Below are positions 1-12,900 of a DNA stretch of 64,000 nucleotides, piece by piece. The notes below the pieces were generated by a model that made no database searches, was not told the DNA's origin, and saw nothing but the letters and a program-made list of their open reading frames with translations. The translations under genes and the position numbers were made by a program. Origin of the DNA: Phallusia mammillata. Lineage: Eukaryota. The stretch spans positions 28,024,001-28,088,000 of the forward strand of contig OZ281495.1 in NCBI GenBank assembly GCA_965637545.1, in the 5' to 3' direction. The first letter of the stretch is position 1; each line of letters starts with the position of its first letter.

Positions 1-922
1 GCAGACGTTTGGAACATTTTTCTTCTGTTATAAATAAGGAAAAACAAAACAGTTGAATATCCTTTGCCGTTGAAACTTCAGCAAAGACGCAATTACGCTG
101 GACGCCCAAGAGAAAAAACTGCCAGAACTTTTAGATCAGCACTGCAAACGTGGAGGGCAATACAACAACAAATTGAAACTTGGTGGTTTAAAAATGATGG
201 CAGTAAACAAATAAGTGCAAAGGTTAAACGAAACACAGCTCAATATTACATCTATGTACCTAAGTCATCGACTGTGGATTTTTGTACAAACTGTTCACAT
301 AATGGCTGTGTAATATTGATAACCTTTAACATTTTTAGTATACCTATTTAAAAAGATTGAATGTTTTATACAAATGTTGGGTGTTGGTTGACTCTTGTGC
401 AAAACCTCAAGTAAAAACTAATTGCAAAAACATGGAAAATTTGTGATTGAGTGTAAACACTGTTTGAATCGAAAGCATTAATTTTTGATGAATATTTTGA
501 CTACGACATTAGGCCTATAACTGGATTGGATTTACATTGGGGTGGGTTATTTTTTCAGTGATCAAGCAAATATTGCAAAGAATGTGTGTAAATATTCTTT
601 AGAAATGTGATTCTGTTCAACACATCATTGGGGTTAAAATTGAAGAACGCGAAAAGTGCAAACAATGCAATAGTTGCGGAACAAAGTACAGTGAATTTAC
701 TTTCAAATAATTCGGTTGTTTTGTAAAAACAAAAATAGTATTGCAAACAAATAACTATCCTAAGTTCTCAACAATGGATAACACGTAATCGAGAAATGAA
801 TACCGCTGAACAGTCCCACACAACGTTGTGCGATAAAGATGTGCAAAACCGACTTCATCTCGCCGCCAGATAGCGCCCAAGATCACTTGGCTACATAAAA
901 AGGCCATTAAAACACAACCTTA

Positions 923-3900
923 TCAAACAGCAGACTCCCTGCGTACAACTGGAACTTCGATCTGCATGCTGTCGTTCTGTGGCGTAGCGTCTTGCTTCGG
1001 TGACTTTTCGTCATGTGACATATCGCTTTCGGTTGAGCATTTCGTGGCAGTAGGTGTGTCGAGGAAGGCATCGCCTGAGAGATTGTTCATTGAATTGCTG
1101 GATGGGGGCTGTATGAGGCGTTTAAGGGTCCCATTGGGGATTTCTGAACGGGTGCGACGGTGAACCACCGGGCTCCCCTCATCCTCGTCGTCACTCATCT
1201 GGATCTGTGTCGTCATAAAGAGAGATTATTACGTTGTGTGACGAGCGGGGGGCACAGTTGGTTCGTGTCGTTAATTTTGTTTTAGTCTCAAGTTTAAATT
1301 ATTTCAATAGTTTATTTGCCACACTTCGAAAAAAAAAAAACAGTTGCAAAACTAAATGCAATAATTGCGTAACGAGATCTGTCAAGTGGCTGATCTGTTA
1401 TTGTCCATTTGGCAACTAATGTGATGAATAATTTATCGTCAATTTTGTTTAAGAATTAAGTCTATAGGTTGACAACCTGACGCTACAAGCAAGAAGCCAC
1501 AAGAAATGGGCAATAAGGCACCATGAAAAAGTATGTGATATTTCACCGAAGCTTTAATTAGCTTGCTTCGTTTGCAAGCGCTTGATAACATGATCGAAAA
1601 GGAAACTGTTTGCCAAAAACCTTTATAAAAAACCTTTTTAGTGACATTACTTGTACACACTACTTCCACGAGACAGTTCTGTACGTTTTTTCGCCAACAA
1701 ACATTTGAAAGCCTATACCTGTAGCAACATCAAGCTGTTTCGTTTCAACCTTGCCTCGCGTTCCAACTCCGCTACTTTCTTGTCCACCTGTGCCGGTCGC
1801 TTTTCCCGTCTCAAAAGGCTGTGGGGTCGACGAAACGCTGCCACAGAGGCTGGTCCCGCTTTGCCTGACTTGTACTTTGGAGACTGCGAAGGATGGGAAG
1901 GTGCTGGCGGCGGTTCCTCACTGTTCTGCCGCGTTTGGGCATCGGAACCTCGGCCAAAGTGCTGTTGGAACACGATGTTATTAAACATTCCAGCTGAAGT
2001 AACTTGGAGCTTAAATTTTAAACATGCTTGACCGTTTAGCAGGAAATTTTGATTTCGTTTTGTAAGGAAATTTTTATTATTAAAAATTGTGAAACGTGTT
2101 GTCTTGCTAATGCATAAAACCATTTTGCTCAATTGAATGAGATATGTTAAGAAATTGCTTTTTTTAAACCTGTAAAGTAATTGTTTGAAAGTTGACAATT
2201 GCTTTAAAAATAAAAATAAAACAATCATTGAAACTGATAATCTTGTGCCCGTTTTACTGTTGTGGGTTTTTGTTTTCAGCAAACAAACTGGCAGTGACAA
2301 GAGACCAATAAATGTGTCAATCATACGATTAGGTCTGTCATACCTTTGGTGTGTCAATGTTAGTTGATGTCGGTCTTCGGTTGAATTGTAGATTTCCGTT
2401 ATTGTTGCTGCTCTTTGGCGTCATTTGAGGTGTGGCAGCAATACTTGATCTTGTATCGGCAAGAAAATTCTAAAAAAAATGTTTGTTTTTTATAAAAGGT
2501 TTTGCAAGCAAGCGTATAACAAATAAAAACAAAACGGAGAAAATGCTAACTGTACAAATACAAGTTATAAATATAGCAGGTTTAAGCAAACCTTGGTTGA
2601 AAGAATTGCATCTAAAACACCCAATATGATGGTTAGGTAATGGTGCTGACATGTTTGTTTGACATTAATTATGAAAATAGATTTTACTTTTGTTTGCCAA
2701 ACTGTGTGAACAGTTAATTCTACTTTTTATTTTATTAAAATGCTCTTTTACAATTCTGTGGCTTTTTTGAATTTGTCAATATTGTTTATTCTGTTTTGCT
2801 ATACAGTGATGCCTATTTTTTAAACTCATGATCTTACTTGCGGTAAACTGCGTCTGCCGATTGTCACCAGCAGTGGACTGGGTTTAGTCACTGCAAGTCT
2901 GGAGTTTGGAGTGCTTGGTGCCGAGCTTCTGCGCTTAGATCTACGGATAAATAAAAGCAATGATTATATCTACGAAACCTTCAGAATACACGAGTATAAG
3001 CAGCAAAGTTTAAAATTTAGATTAGGATATTTTTTGAAAAAAAACTGAAAGCAAGCAGTGGGTGACTCATTGAGAAAGCAGTGTTCAATTGAATGGAACC
3101 AAAACCCAGTGTTTGTGCGCAGAATGAAATTTTTGGGTTCATTTTTTTAAAACAGATTTTTTAATTTTCAACAAGTGATGTGATTGATATGTTAGTCGGA
3201 CATAACGGCAGAAAACCAACGTGCTTTAAGCCATGCTCAACATCCACACGTAAACAACAATCGTCAAATAAGCAGTGACACTGCCACTTCCGGCACCCAC
3301 GCCAACAGGCACGTCACCCTTGTCACGTGATGGCAGAATGCATCCTCATCAAAAGCCGGACGACGTGCCAATGGAAAATGTACGATTGGTATGGTTTTAG
3401 GGGTGACACAATAAGCACACAGGAACACACGGTGACAAGTTCCTGTGAAGGCTGTGCGAGTGACAAACTAACTTTGCGAGAGGTAGAGTGAGAAATTCAA
3501 CGTTGGGTGTCATTTGCTAGGGTTTGTAATTTCATGATCACCTGCAGCACCACCTGCAACTAACGACAACGACACAACATAACACGCGCACTGCATTACG
3601 CCACCAGTTGAGCCGAAAAAACAATTAATAACTAATCGAGTGACGTAAAACCATTGCCAGTTTGGCTTCCTCGTTTTACAATTACCAGTTTACAATTGCC
3701 ACTGGAGACATTTACTTGCTTATTCGACTGGTAGGGCCAACGCATTGTAATAGAAGCTATGATAACAGGTAACTTATTGTAACCATTTGCTTATAGTTAA
3801 GTATGCATGGTCCTGCACTTAATTATAGACTTACTGGAGGTTGTGATTGACAACCAAGTTCAATGTACCCAAAATAGCGATTCCTAATAAATAGTACTTC

Positions 3901-6900
3901 TACAAGTAGGATAACAACAAATCCATTGCAAATTTTGGGGAGAGGGCGACTCTTTTAACCTTGTCATAGCATTTGTTTAAAATGTAATGATGTCACAATA
4001 CGCAAATGCAGTTTAAAATCAGTTTCGGATGGCGCATAAAACGTTCATTTTATCATATATGTGTCGTAAGTTTTCTTTCGTTACAGTCGACCAGTTTCAC
4101 TGGTTGTTTCCAAAGCGTTTTTAAAACGACCCCATTTTTAACATAATGGTTGATACAAGAATTTGAATTTGACCTAAAAGTCATTTAAATGCGTTTACAT
4201 TTAACCAACTTTAGCCAATGAAAAGTACAATCAGGCAATTGAGTGGAAGAAATTTAAGACTTCGATCGATTGTTTGCTTGCGTATGCGCGCAGCATGCTG
4301 AAAAAAAAGTCGTTTTCGCAATGCCGTACACGGGCCATTGGGCATCAACATCAAGTCAGGCATCTGGTGCATTTAGCTTCTCTGTCAGTTTTGACATGAG
4401 CTAAATACAACAAGACATCTGCTTGAACGCTTAAACTGCTGACTGTGTGGGAACGTACTAGACATACAAAAGCTTGAATTTTAAACTAGACACAGAAACG
4501 GTTTTAAAAGTTTTAAACTTTTTTTTGAAAGGGCATAAATATGGAAAATCATTTGAAAACCCTGGATCACGGTTCTTGGTTTGTTAACGTTGTTGTTGTC
4601 CCAATAACCCTGATTTGTGCCTGCACCAAACCTAGTATGTTTAAAGAACTATACCAAGCATTTATTTGTATAAAGACAAACTAAAAACACGAAGGTTGTA
4701 CATACTTGTAAAATGAGTCGGAATGCTGGGAGGCGTGAAGTCCAGCGGATGAAATTTTCTTCGCTCTCTTACAAGTAAATATCAAGAAGAAGAGGTTGCG
4801 GTATCCTCTCCGGAAGACAGGATTCATTGCTCCGTAAATAACGAAGTTTACAGCTGAGTTACTGAGACCCAACCAACCAAAAGCCTTAATTTAAAAGTAG
4901 TTGTTTTATATTTTTGTGAATGTGTGCATTAGCCTTATGTGAAACACGCTTTATCTGTTTGGGCTTGGGTATTTTCTACAATAAAATTGATCCAATATGT
5001 AATGCGACCAACCAGTCATCAAATTATTGATATTTACCTGCCTTAAATTTAACTTTACCAGGGATCAGCAGAACTAAAACTAAAGTTTTTTAAATTATCA
5101 CAACTTCAGAAATAGGTTAAGAGGAAGTAAATGATTTGGCAAAACGTGTTTGAAGCCTGCATTGACCTGAGACGCGGCATTAATCAACGCCCCCCACAAT
5201 AAGTTCAAAGCATTGCCCGTACGTGACACGTTAGAAACTAAACACCGTTTATGTCTACCTTCTTTTTCAGTTAAAATTTGAACAGTTTAGGATTTAAAAT
5301 ATTTTCCCACAAATAAAAACTAGAATATACAGGAACGAGGTTTAAAAAGCAAAACTAAGTACCTTTTTGGCGGGAGCAGGGATTCCTCTTGGGTCAACTA
5401 TACATGTGGTGGCGTAAGGTAGCCAGCACACACAGAAAACGGCTACAGTGGTAGCGAGGGTCTGTAGAAGGTTGCGTTCCTTTCTCTCAGATCTTCTGTT
5501 CTGTTCACTGTTCTGTAAAATCCCACTTCCAGAGCTTAGACTTCTTACCCATCTTCCACTAGATCGAACAGTCCTGTAAAAAAATGGACAAGTTTTTTTT
5601 AAGAACTCTTTCAGTGGATACATACCGCAGCATCTGGAAAGCCGCATAATGCAGTAAAGTATGAACCGGTTTCATAGTTTTTTAGTAATTCCTGTTGTTA
5701 ATCGTAACGAACATGAGGTAGTCTATGCCGTTTACATTAATAAAGTAAATCTAAATGAAAGTGGGTACCACCGAACCAAAGCGAAAAGAGTTAAACAAAA
5801 GTCGTGTCTTGTTACATACTAACCAATTGTGCAACAAAACATAGAAGTTGAAATATAGGGTCTGTGACAAAAATAACATACTAAAGAATAAATTTTGGAC
5901 CACTTGTTGCCATAAAAACAACAATATAATAAAAGTAACTTATATTTAAAAGCATCAACCTCTAAGGCTAAATATAAAAATACCGGCGTAAACAAACGGA
6001 AAAAGTGACATTTGTTCAAACGTTTTGCCAAATGCTCATGCCATCATCAGTGATATGATGGGCCCACATCAGTTACACCTGTTTGTATCCACTTGAGTAA
6101 TGAACCTTTAACACATGGTACGCTAAAAGAAGGCCCAACTAGAACGTATAAGCTATTTCAATCAACATATACCGATGGCATGTAAAGTTAAATTCGGTTA
6201 ACAATAAAGTTCGCAAGGTAAAAGCTAAAGGTTGACAGTGTGTTCAAAATTGTTGACATTTTTACCTGCTCACGTCACGATGACGTCACACACTAAAAAG
6301 GGCAACTGCGTGACCTTCAACATCAAATACCAGCTAGTTTGTTTAAGGTCGCACACATCGGGAAAGTTTAAATCGCACGCATACGTAACGTGAAGCCCAC
6401 ACACATTAGACAAGGGAAATTTCCGCGCGCTAAAAACACCTAAGCGAATCAAAATTTTCAATTAGTATTCACTAACGATAGGCAAGAAAAATTACGCCGC
6501 CACTAAGAGGATAAATTCGCTAAATGTGTGGGTTTGTTGGGTGCATCGCCCGACAGGATAATTTGAAGGTCTCATTACAAAATCACTTACTATTTCGGGG
6601 CTGTTTTGTGCTATTTTGGGAGGTAATCTCGAACATGAGAGTTGCACGTCTTACTGTTTACTGACCACGTGCTAAAAAAGTTTTCCAAGGCTTTGATGTC
6701 AAAAATAGTTTGTTTAATCCACCCAAGACAAACGACTTTGCCTACAGATTTAGACAACCTGTTTCTAACTTTACGCACTATGTTTATGGTTAAGTTACAT
6801 TTATCAAACTCTAAAATCAAGTTAATGTGGAAGTAAGTAAAGGTACCAATATGCCGAAAGTGTACTTTTTGTGCACGTTTAAGGGCGTGAGTCTCAGTAT

Positions 6901-9900
6901 TTGATGCCAATCGTTCAATCACCCAACTAAATTACCGGGATAGCAAATTGGTATACGTTTCTCACCAAAGGCAGTTCAATGACACCGTTGGCTGCTGTAG
7001 AATGCATGACAAATTGCTTTTGATAATATTGGTGACTGATTGCACCAATCACGTCGGGAAATCCGCTTACCATCGTTAAAACGTGTATAAGTTGAATATT
7101 ATGTTACAATTCTGCTGCCATAAGAGCTCCCAGTAACAGAGGCAACGCAGTTATAAACAAATATTAAAATACATCAAAGCACATGTAACCGCAAAAACCC
7201 AAGCGCACCCCGAAAGGAAATGTTTTTTCTCTTATTTGTCTGTGTCAAAACGGCAAATCGCTGCAGTGACGAAAGTATAAAAAAGGCGTCATAGAACGGA
7301 AACTGCAACGTAATGTTACATCAAAAAGGATGTAATCTGCTTCGTTTATAGTCAATAATATTCCGTTGTAATCAACAACAATCGTGTGAAAGTGGCGGGA
7401 AGTGACGACTTTCAGGCATGCCAAACATCATACCATGCGACCAATGATGCAACGCCACGTGCTATGCGTGCAAAGCACGGAACAAGTGAGTTTAAGAAAA
7501 GGCACTACCATATATGGGCCATGTTTTCGATATCTTACTTAAAGTTTTGGTTTAGTTGCACCAATTCTTTATTGCGAATTGCCAAAATTTGGTCACCACT
7601 AGAAAATATAACTTATATTTACTGGCCGGTACATGTGATACTATTCCACACAATGTAAAAAACACGTCGAAACATTACGCAAAGTGCAGTTGATGAATGA
7701 ACTATTGTCTTACAGTAACAGTTATTGGCTAGAAAATAAGACTTACAGTATAGAGCTGTCATTTATCCTGACAAAAAGAATCTTAATAGCACATTAAAAC
7801 AGCATTAAGCAAAGTACGACAGAAGGAAAAGCTAACGTTATTTTTATAATTATATATGATAGTAGCAATTGTTTACATAAATCTGTACATCACCCTTATG
7901 AGATACAAAAAACCAGCTCCAATCCGTATAAAAAAACTGAAGACTTTTAAACCACAAACACGCATATGTCGTGTTGATTTTGTTACACTAGGAGGCGCAA
8001 CGGCGTAAGAACATCCAGTAATGACTACAATACCCAGGGATTCACCCCTTGCTGATAAGTGTCAAGAAGTGGAAAAATTAATGACACACACGGTTTGCTG
8101 CGATAGGAAATTGATGCAATAGAGAAGGTGAAAAACTAGGAAGTTATAACTAAGACGGGCTTGCAACGGCAAGTTTTGTGTTTTTCTAAACCTACATGAA
8201 CGTTTCTAAACTGTACGGAAAATGCTAAACATGCGGAAGTGTATTACAGGACAAATAAAGAGATTGAGAAGGTGCAAAATATACATTAATTGCTTTGCCT
8301 CTGTGTGTTAACTTTATCAACGATGTTCATTAATTTCTTCTACAGTTTTACACGCAATAAACGCAAAATGTTGATTATTATCTATAGCACAGTTAAGTCA
8401 AGTATTGGATTTAAGGGTTATGGCAATGCTTTGAACTCACAGTCAAACCAATCTCCAAAAAGGCCATCTCTACTAAACTAACAATTTAACAAAGAGAGTT
8501 GTTTGTTACTTTGCGAACAACGTTTGTCATGAGCGCTTTCTAATACACAGAGGATTTAGCCATTAGGTCCATTCGCTAACTAGTAATTACAGCGAATTAC
8601 AAGCACCAAGTGATGCCGCACATGTAGCTGCAAAGCCAAGCCTGGTTGCTTTGCCAACGGCGAATCGTGCAGCAATTTTGTATTTTTGTACAACAAAACA
8701 TGAGCAAATGCACAACAATGAAATTTTAAACTGGCTTTCTTTCAAGTTTTGTGGGTTCAGTTTTCATACGACGTTTTCAAAGCATGGATTTGTCACTTTA
8801 AATCTCTATTTTTGTGGTTTTTAGTACTTAACGACGCTGTTGACTGCAAAAATGTTTTTGAAACCCACTTATAGTCGATATTGCACCTGTATCTGAACAA
8901 AATGGTAACAAAACGCTTCATGTAAATAGGCTTATTTACTTAAATGCAAACAAGTTCGAAAAGGTCGAAGTTCTTAACATCGCCAACAACAACAGCAACA
9001 GCAGCTAAATACATGTTGTCCAATGAGCATAAATCAATAGAATGTTTTTCTAGCACGGAGTTTAAAAATAAAATATCATCGAACTGCATTGAAATAAAGC
9101 ATCCGCTTTAAGTTGGCAGTTGACCAGTTGATGCCATCAGAGCTAAACCCAAAACACAACAACAATCCCAAAACTGATTATTTGTGTTTTACGTAGGCTT
9201 TACGTACACATGTCAAGGGCCCTGTCCAAACGGTTTATTAATAGATGTTATCATTATGCGCCATTTGCTCTCAGTACATGAAATATTAATTAGATAAATA
9301 GTCATGGGAAGTACGATGAGAATGAATATACACTGCATCCGAACATTGCCTGACGTTGATGAAAGATTGTTAAACAACTTCAGTTAAACATTATCAAGTT
9401 TTAATGGTTATACCTATGAATTACCCATACTTCATATAACAACGTTTTTGAATGTGATGTGTTCGAATCTTCCACGTGGAAAATCCCACAACACGTTGTG
9501 GAGTTTACCATTTTAAAACATCTAGTACGTAGTGTTTAGTTTATTTGCCTTGATCTGCACACGTGTTTTCTGTTATTTGCGCCGCAAAGGCGTTGAATTA
9601 TTGACTTGTGCAATTGATATCATCAGGTCGAGTTACTGAGTTCAAGGGATCAGATTACAGCCCAAAGCGAGAGTACATTGTGCCGGATTCTTGATTGGCG
9701 GAATCGTTACAAACGTATAACAAGCATTAGTGGGATGCAACCCCATACTAATCGGCCAGATACAGGTATCAATGGCTATTATATATTCACGAAAGCGCTG
9801 GTCAAAAGGATTTAAAAACGTTTGTTTCTTGCTTTTACACGTTTTTGTAATGTGGGCCGAATCAATTCATCCTGTAGGGTTAAAAATTTAAATTTAGCGT

Positions 9901-12900
9901 TAAATTGATCTTTTATTCGAAGAGATAAATATTTATTAAACTGGAACTAAATTATTTAACAGGTTTTCCATAATATTATTCACCAAAGCTCGGTTTGAAT
10001 TTAACGAAGAGTAAGTAGGGCGATAGCATCAAGCACGCGTGACTCCGTTTTTCCGATAAATTCTTATGCGACCGAAACTATAGCTGGTTCGCTTGTGAAT
10101 GACGAACTGACTTCTGTTTCCGGAGATTGAGAATCAACCGGTCTTAAAACACGAGACTGAATGATTTTGTAAACATTGCCATGCGATCGCATTCAAATGT
10201 TAAATTTTTAAATTACAATTTAGGTAAACAATTCATGGTTTTAAAAATCCTAACCAGAAACAAACAAGCCAGTATATTGATGAAAAACAAAACGTTTCGA
10301 CAGCGATTCATTTGAGAATGACACAAGTTGCTGTCGAAAAGTTGTGTTAAATTACAATTAAAAATAACATTCAATGGAGTAAACACCTATTTCTGAAAAA
10401 TATTATGCAAGGGTTTTCAACTATCCTTTTTAATTACATTAGTGAAACATATTCACCTAAATCTAAAATTCATCTAGAAAATCGTAATGCAATTTGCACA
10501 GCATTGTGCAGAAAGAATAATTCGTTTTACGGGTTGAAAAGAAAATCATTCTAATGTTTTCTAAACAGTTTTATCCCACAAACAGTTTTAAATCACAGAA
10601 CTTACGAGAAGAGTTTCCAGTAGCAAAATGCAATGACAACCAGGGGAACAAATATAGCACAGACAGCCAAGAAGATTGTATAACTGATGGAAATCATGTC
10701 GTTCCATGAACATACCATCATCTTCATATCGTAGCTGCACAAACAAACAACGGCCAATCAGATGTAAGATACTTGATGTATAAACTATACGACTGATATG
10801 ATAATGTCTTCTGATTCAAATGGACTGGACAAACGACCAGCCATTCTATTGGTCCATTTTGCCAAGTTTCGCTCACTTGAAACAAGTGTACTTCTGCTTA
10901 ACCCAAAGTTTACCACTAAATTTTCCCCCGGTTAAGAATCTACACTCTTAACTACAGGTCAGTGATGTTGAATTTCGGAAAATAAACTTAATGCCGATGA
11001 GAGCTGCAAGGCCTTTCGGGTTTGGACCTCGTGTTTGAATAACACCGGCTTGATTCAAACCTAATTTCACGTTCAGCCGCAATTGTGCCGCAATTTCGCC
11101 ACATTTTGGGCCTTATTCGGCGAACAAGCCGGACGGCAACTCCAGTGCTGATATTAGGAGTAATTGCATAGTGTGTAAGGTCCGTGTGTAATAGGCTTAG
11201 ATTCATGTCAAACGATAAATGACTTATAATATTCAAAAATAAAATCTGTCAAGTCTAGTTTCGGGCGACAAAACACTGAAGTCATCTATTCCGTGTTTTT
11301 GATCTAATAATTTTAGTATAAACTGGTCAGAACGTGAAATAGATCGACCAGAAGATAACTGTGACTAAAGTTGCAAACCCGTTTGTTAGTGTACAGGTCT
11401 AAGAAGTTTAGTATTTCTTGAAACTCTGGCACTTTTTTGGCGGTTGAAAGATATTAATAGAAGTGACTGGGACCATGATGCGTCTTCCGGGCTCCCGAAT
11501 CGACTCCGGCGACGTTATTGGATTGTTTCCATGCTGGATGTGCAATGACACATACGTGCATTCGTGGTTGTGTTTGCAACACCATTTTTTTGCTCATTTT
11601 TTGCCAAGCTTGGACAATCGTTTTGTATGAAATGGTTTTATAACCGACCCAAGTTGGAAAAAATCATTTAGGTGATGATAAAACTAGATGAAGAAGTTGT
11701 TTGAAATTTCACATTGGGTGTGCGTTTATCATACATTGGCTTTCTAAACTTCGCTTCCGCATGAATTAAGCTCGAAAAAGAGAAGTTTTGGCAGTATGCC
11801 TAATCATGAAACTACTCACATCCGATTAGCTCATGTAGCCAGACAAGTTGCCCTTTCATTGTCCCTTATTATTTCTCGATCTTATGTAACCCTAAGATTT
11901 TGGTAAAATATAAAGTTTTGTGTAGCCAACTATAGATACCTTACCAACACAGTGTGGCAAACAAAACCTCAGGTATTTTTACGGCCAATATAAATTGCAG
12001 AAAAAACAAAATCCACTTACTCAATGCTTCCCCATCCCAGCAAAGTTGGCATGGCAACCAGGTTGCACCACGTCCAGCATCCAATCACCATCATGTAGAC
12101 TCGCTTTTTTGTGAAGTTGCGGGCGTACGTCTTGCTGTGGACCACTGCCCAGTACCTAGAAATAAAAAAGACAAATCTTGACAAGTGACTGTTTGTTTTG
12201 TTTTTCCCTTATTGCTTATTACACAGAATTTTTACACGATTTTGCTACTGACGGTTTGTACTTAGTGCCTCGTTTAAGTGGCAAATAAAATACAATGCAA
12301 GAAAAACATTATTGTAGCGGATCGAAAGACTTTTTTCTAGGAATGCCTTCGAGTCTATAAACTTTCTTGATCATAGATGAATGTGTCATGTTGACCACAA
12401 AAGTGTGTTTACTTAAACCTTTTTTATACAGGGCACGCCCACTTCAAACGTTCAGGTTTTCGTACTTACACAATGTTACACATGACAAAAAAATTCCCCC
12501 CAAAAAAACAATCAACTGACAGCAAGTGACGTTTATCTCTTAATTCCTGGTAAAGCAAGGTACACAAGTCACAAAGTATTTTTGTCGCAAAGACGTAGAA
12601 CCATCAGCAAACAATCGCGTTTCCATAGAAACAAGTTGCAGCCGCGCGATGACGCAACACGAATGGAAGTGACGTCATAAAACGTATGCCAACGCCGTCT
12701 ATAACTTTAAGATTAGTAAGCAGATAGTTATAGAAATTGTGCGGGAAACGATTTTGAAACAAATAACAACGATTTCGCTTTCACAAAACAGCCCAAATAG
12801 GTCAGACGCAATAAAAAAGCGTTAAGCCTTTATCTTTGTCACAACGACCCGCAGATCAATTCTCTCTTATCTTTGCACCTCATGTAATGGACACCGGAGA

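Noticed and set aside
64-351. 95-aa plus-strand ORF
   Set aside because: Non-ATG start, no motif and no splice context; it lies downstream of the GPCR stop.
11475-11630. 51-aa ORF with CWMC..H..C..HH, zinc-finger-like
   Set aside because: The spacing fits no family I can name, and there are no flanking exons or transposon ends.
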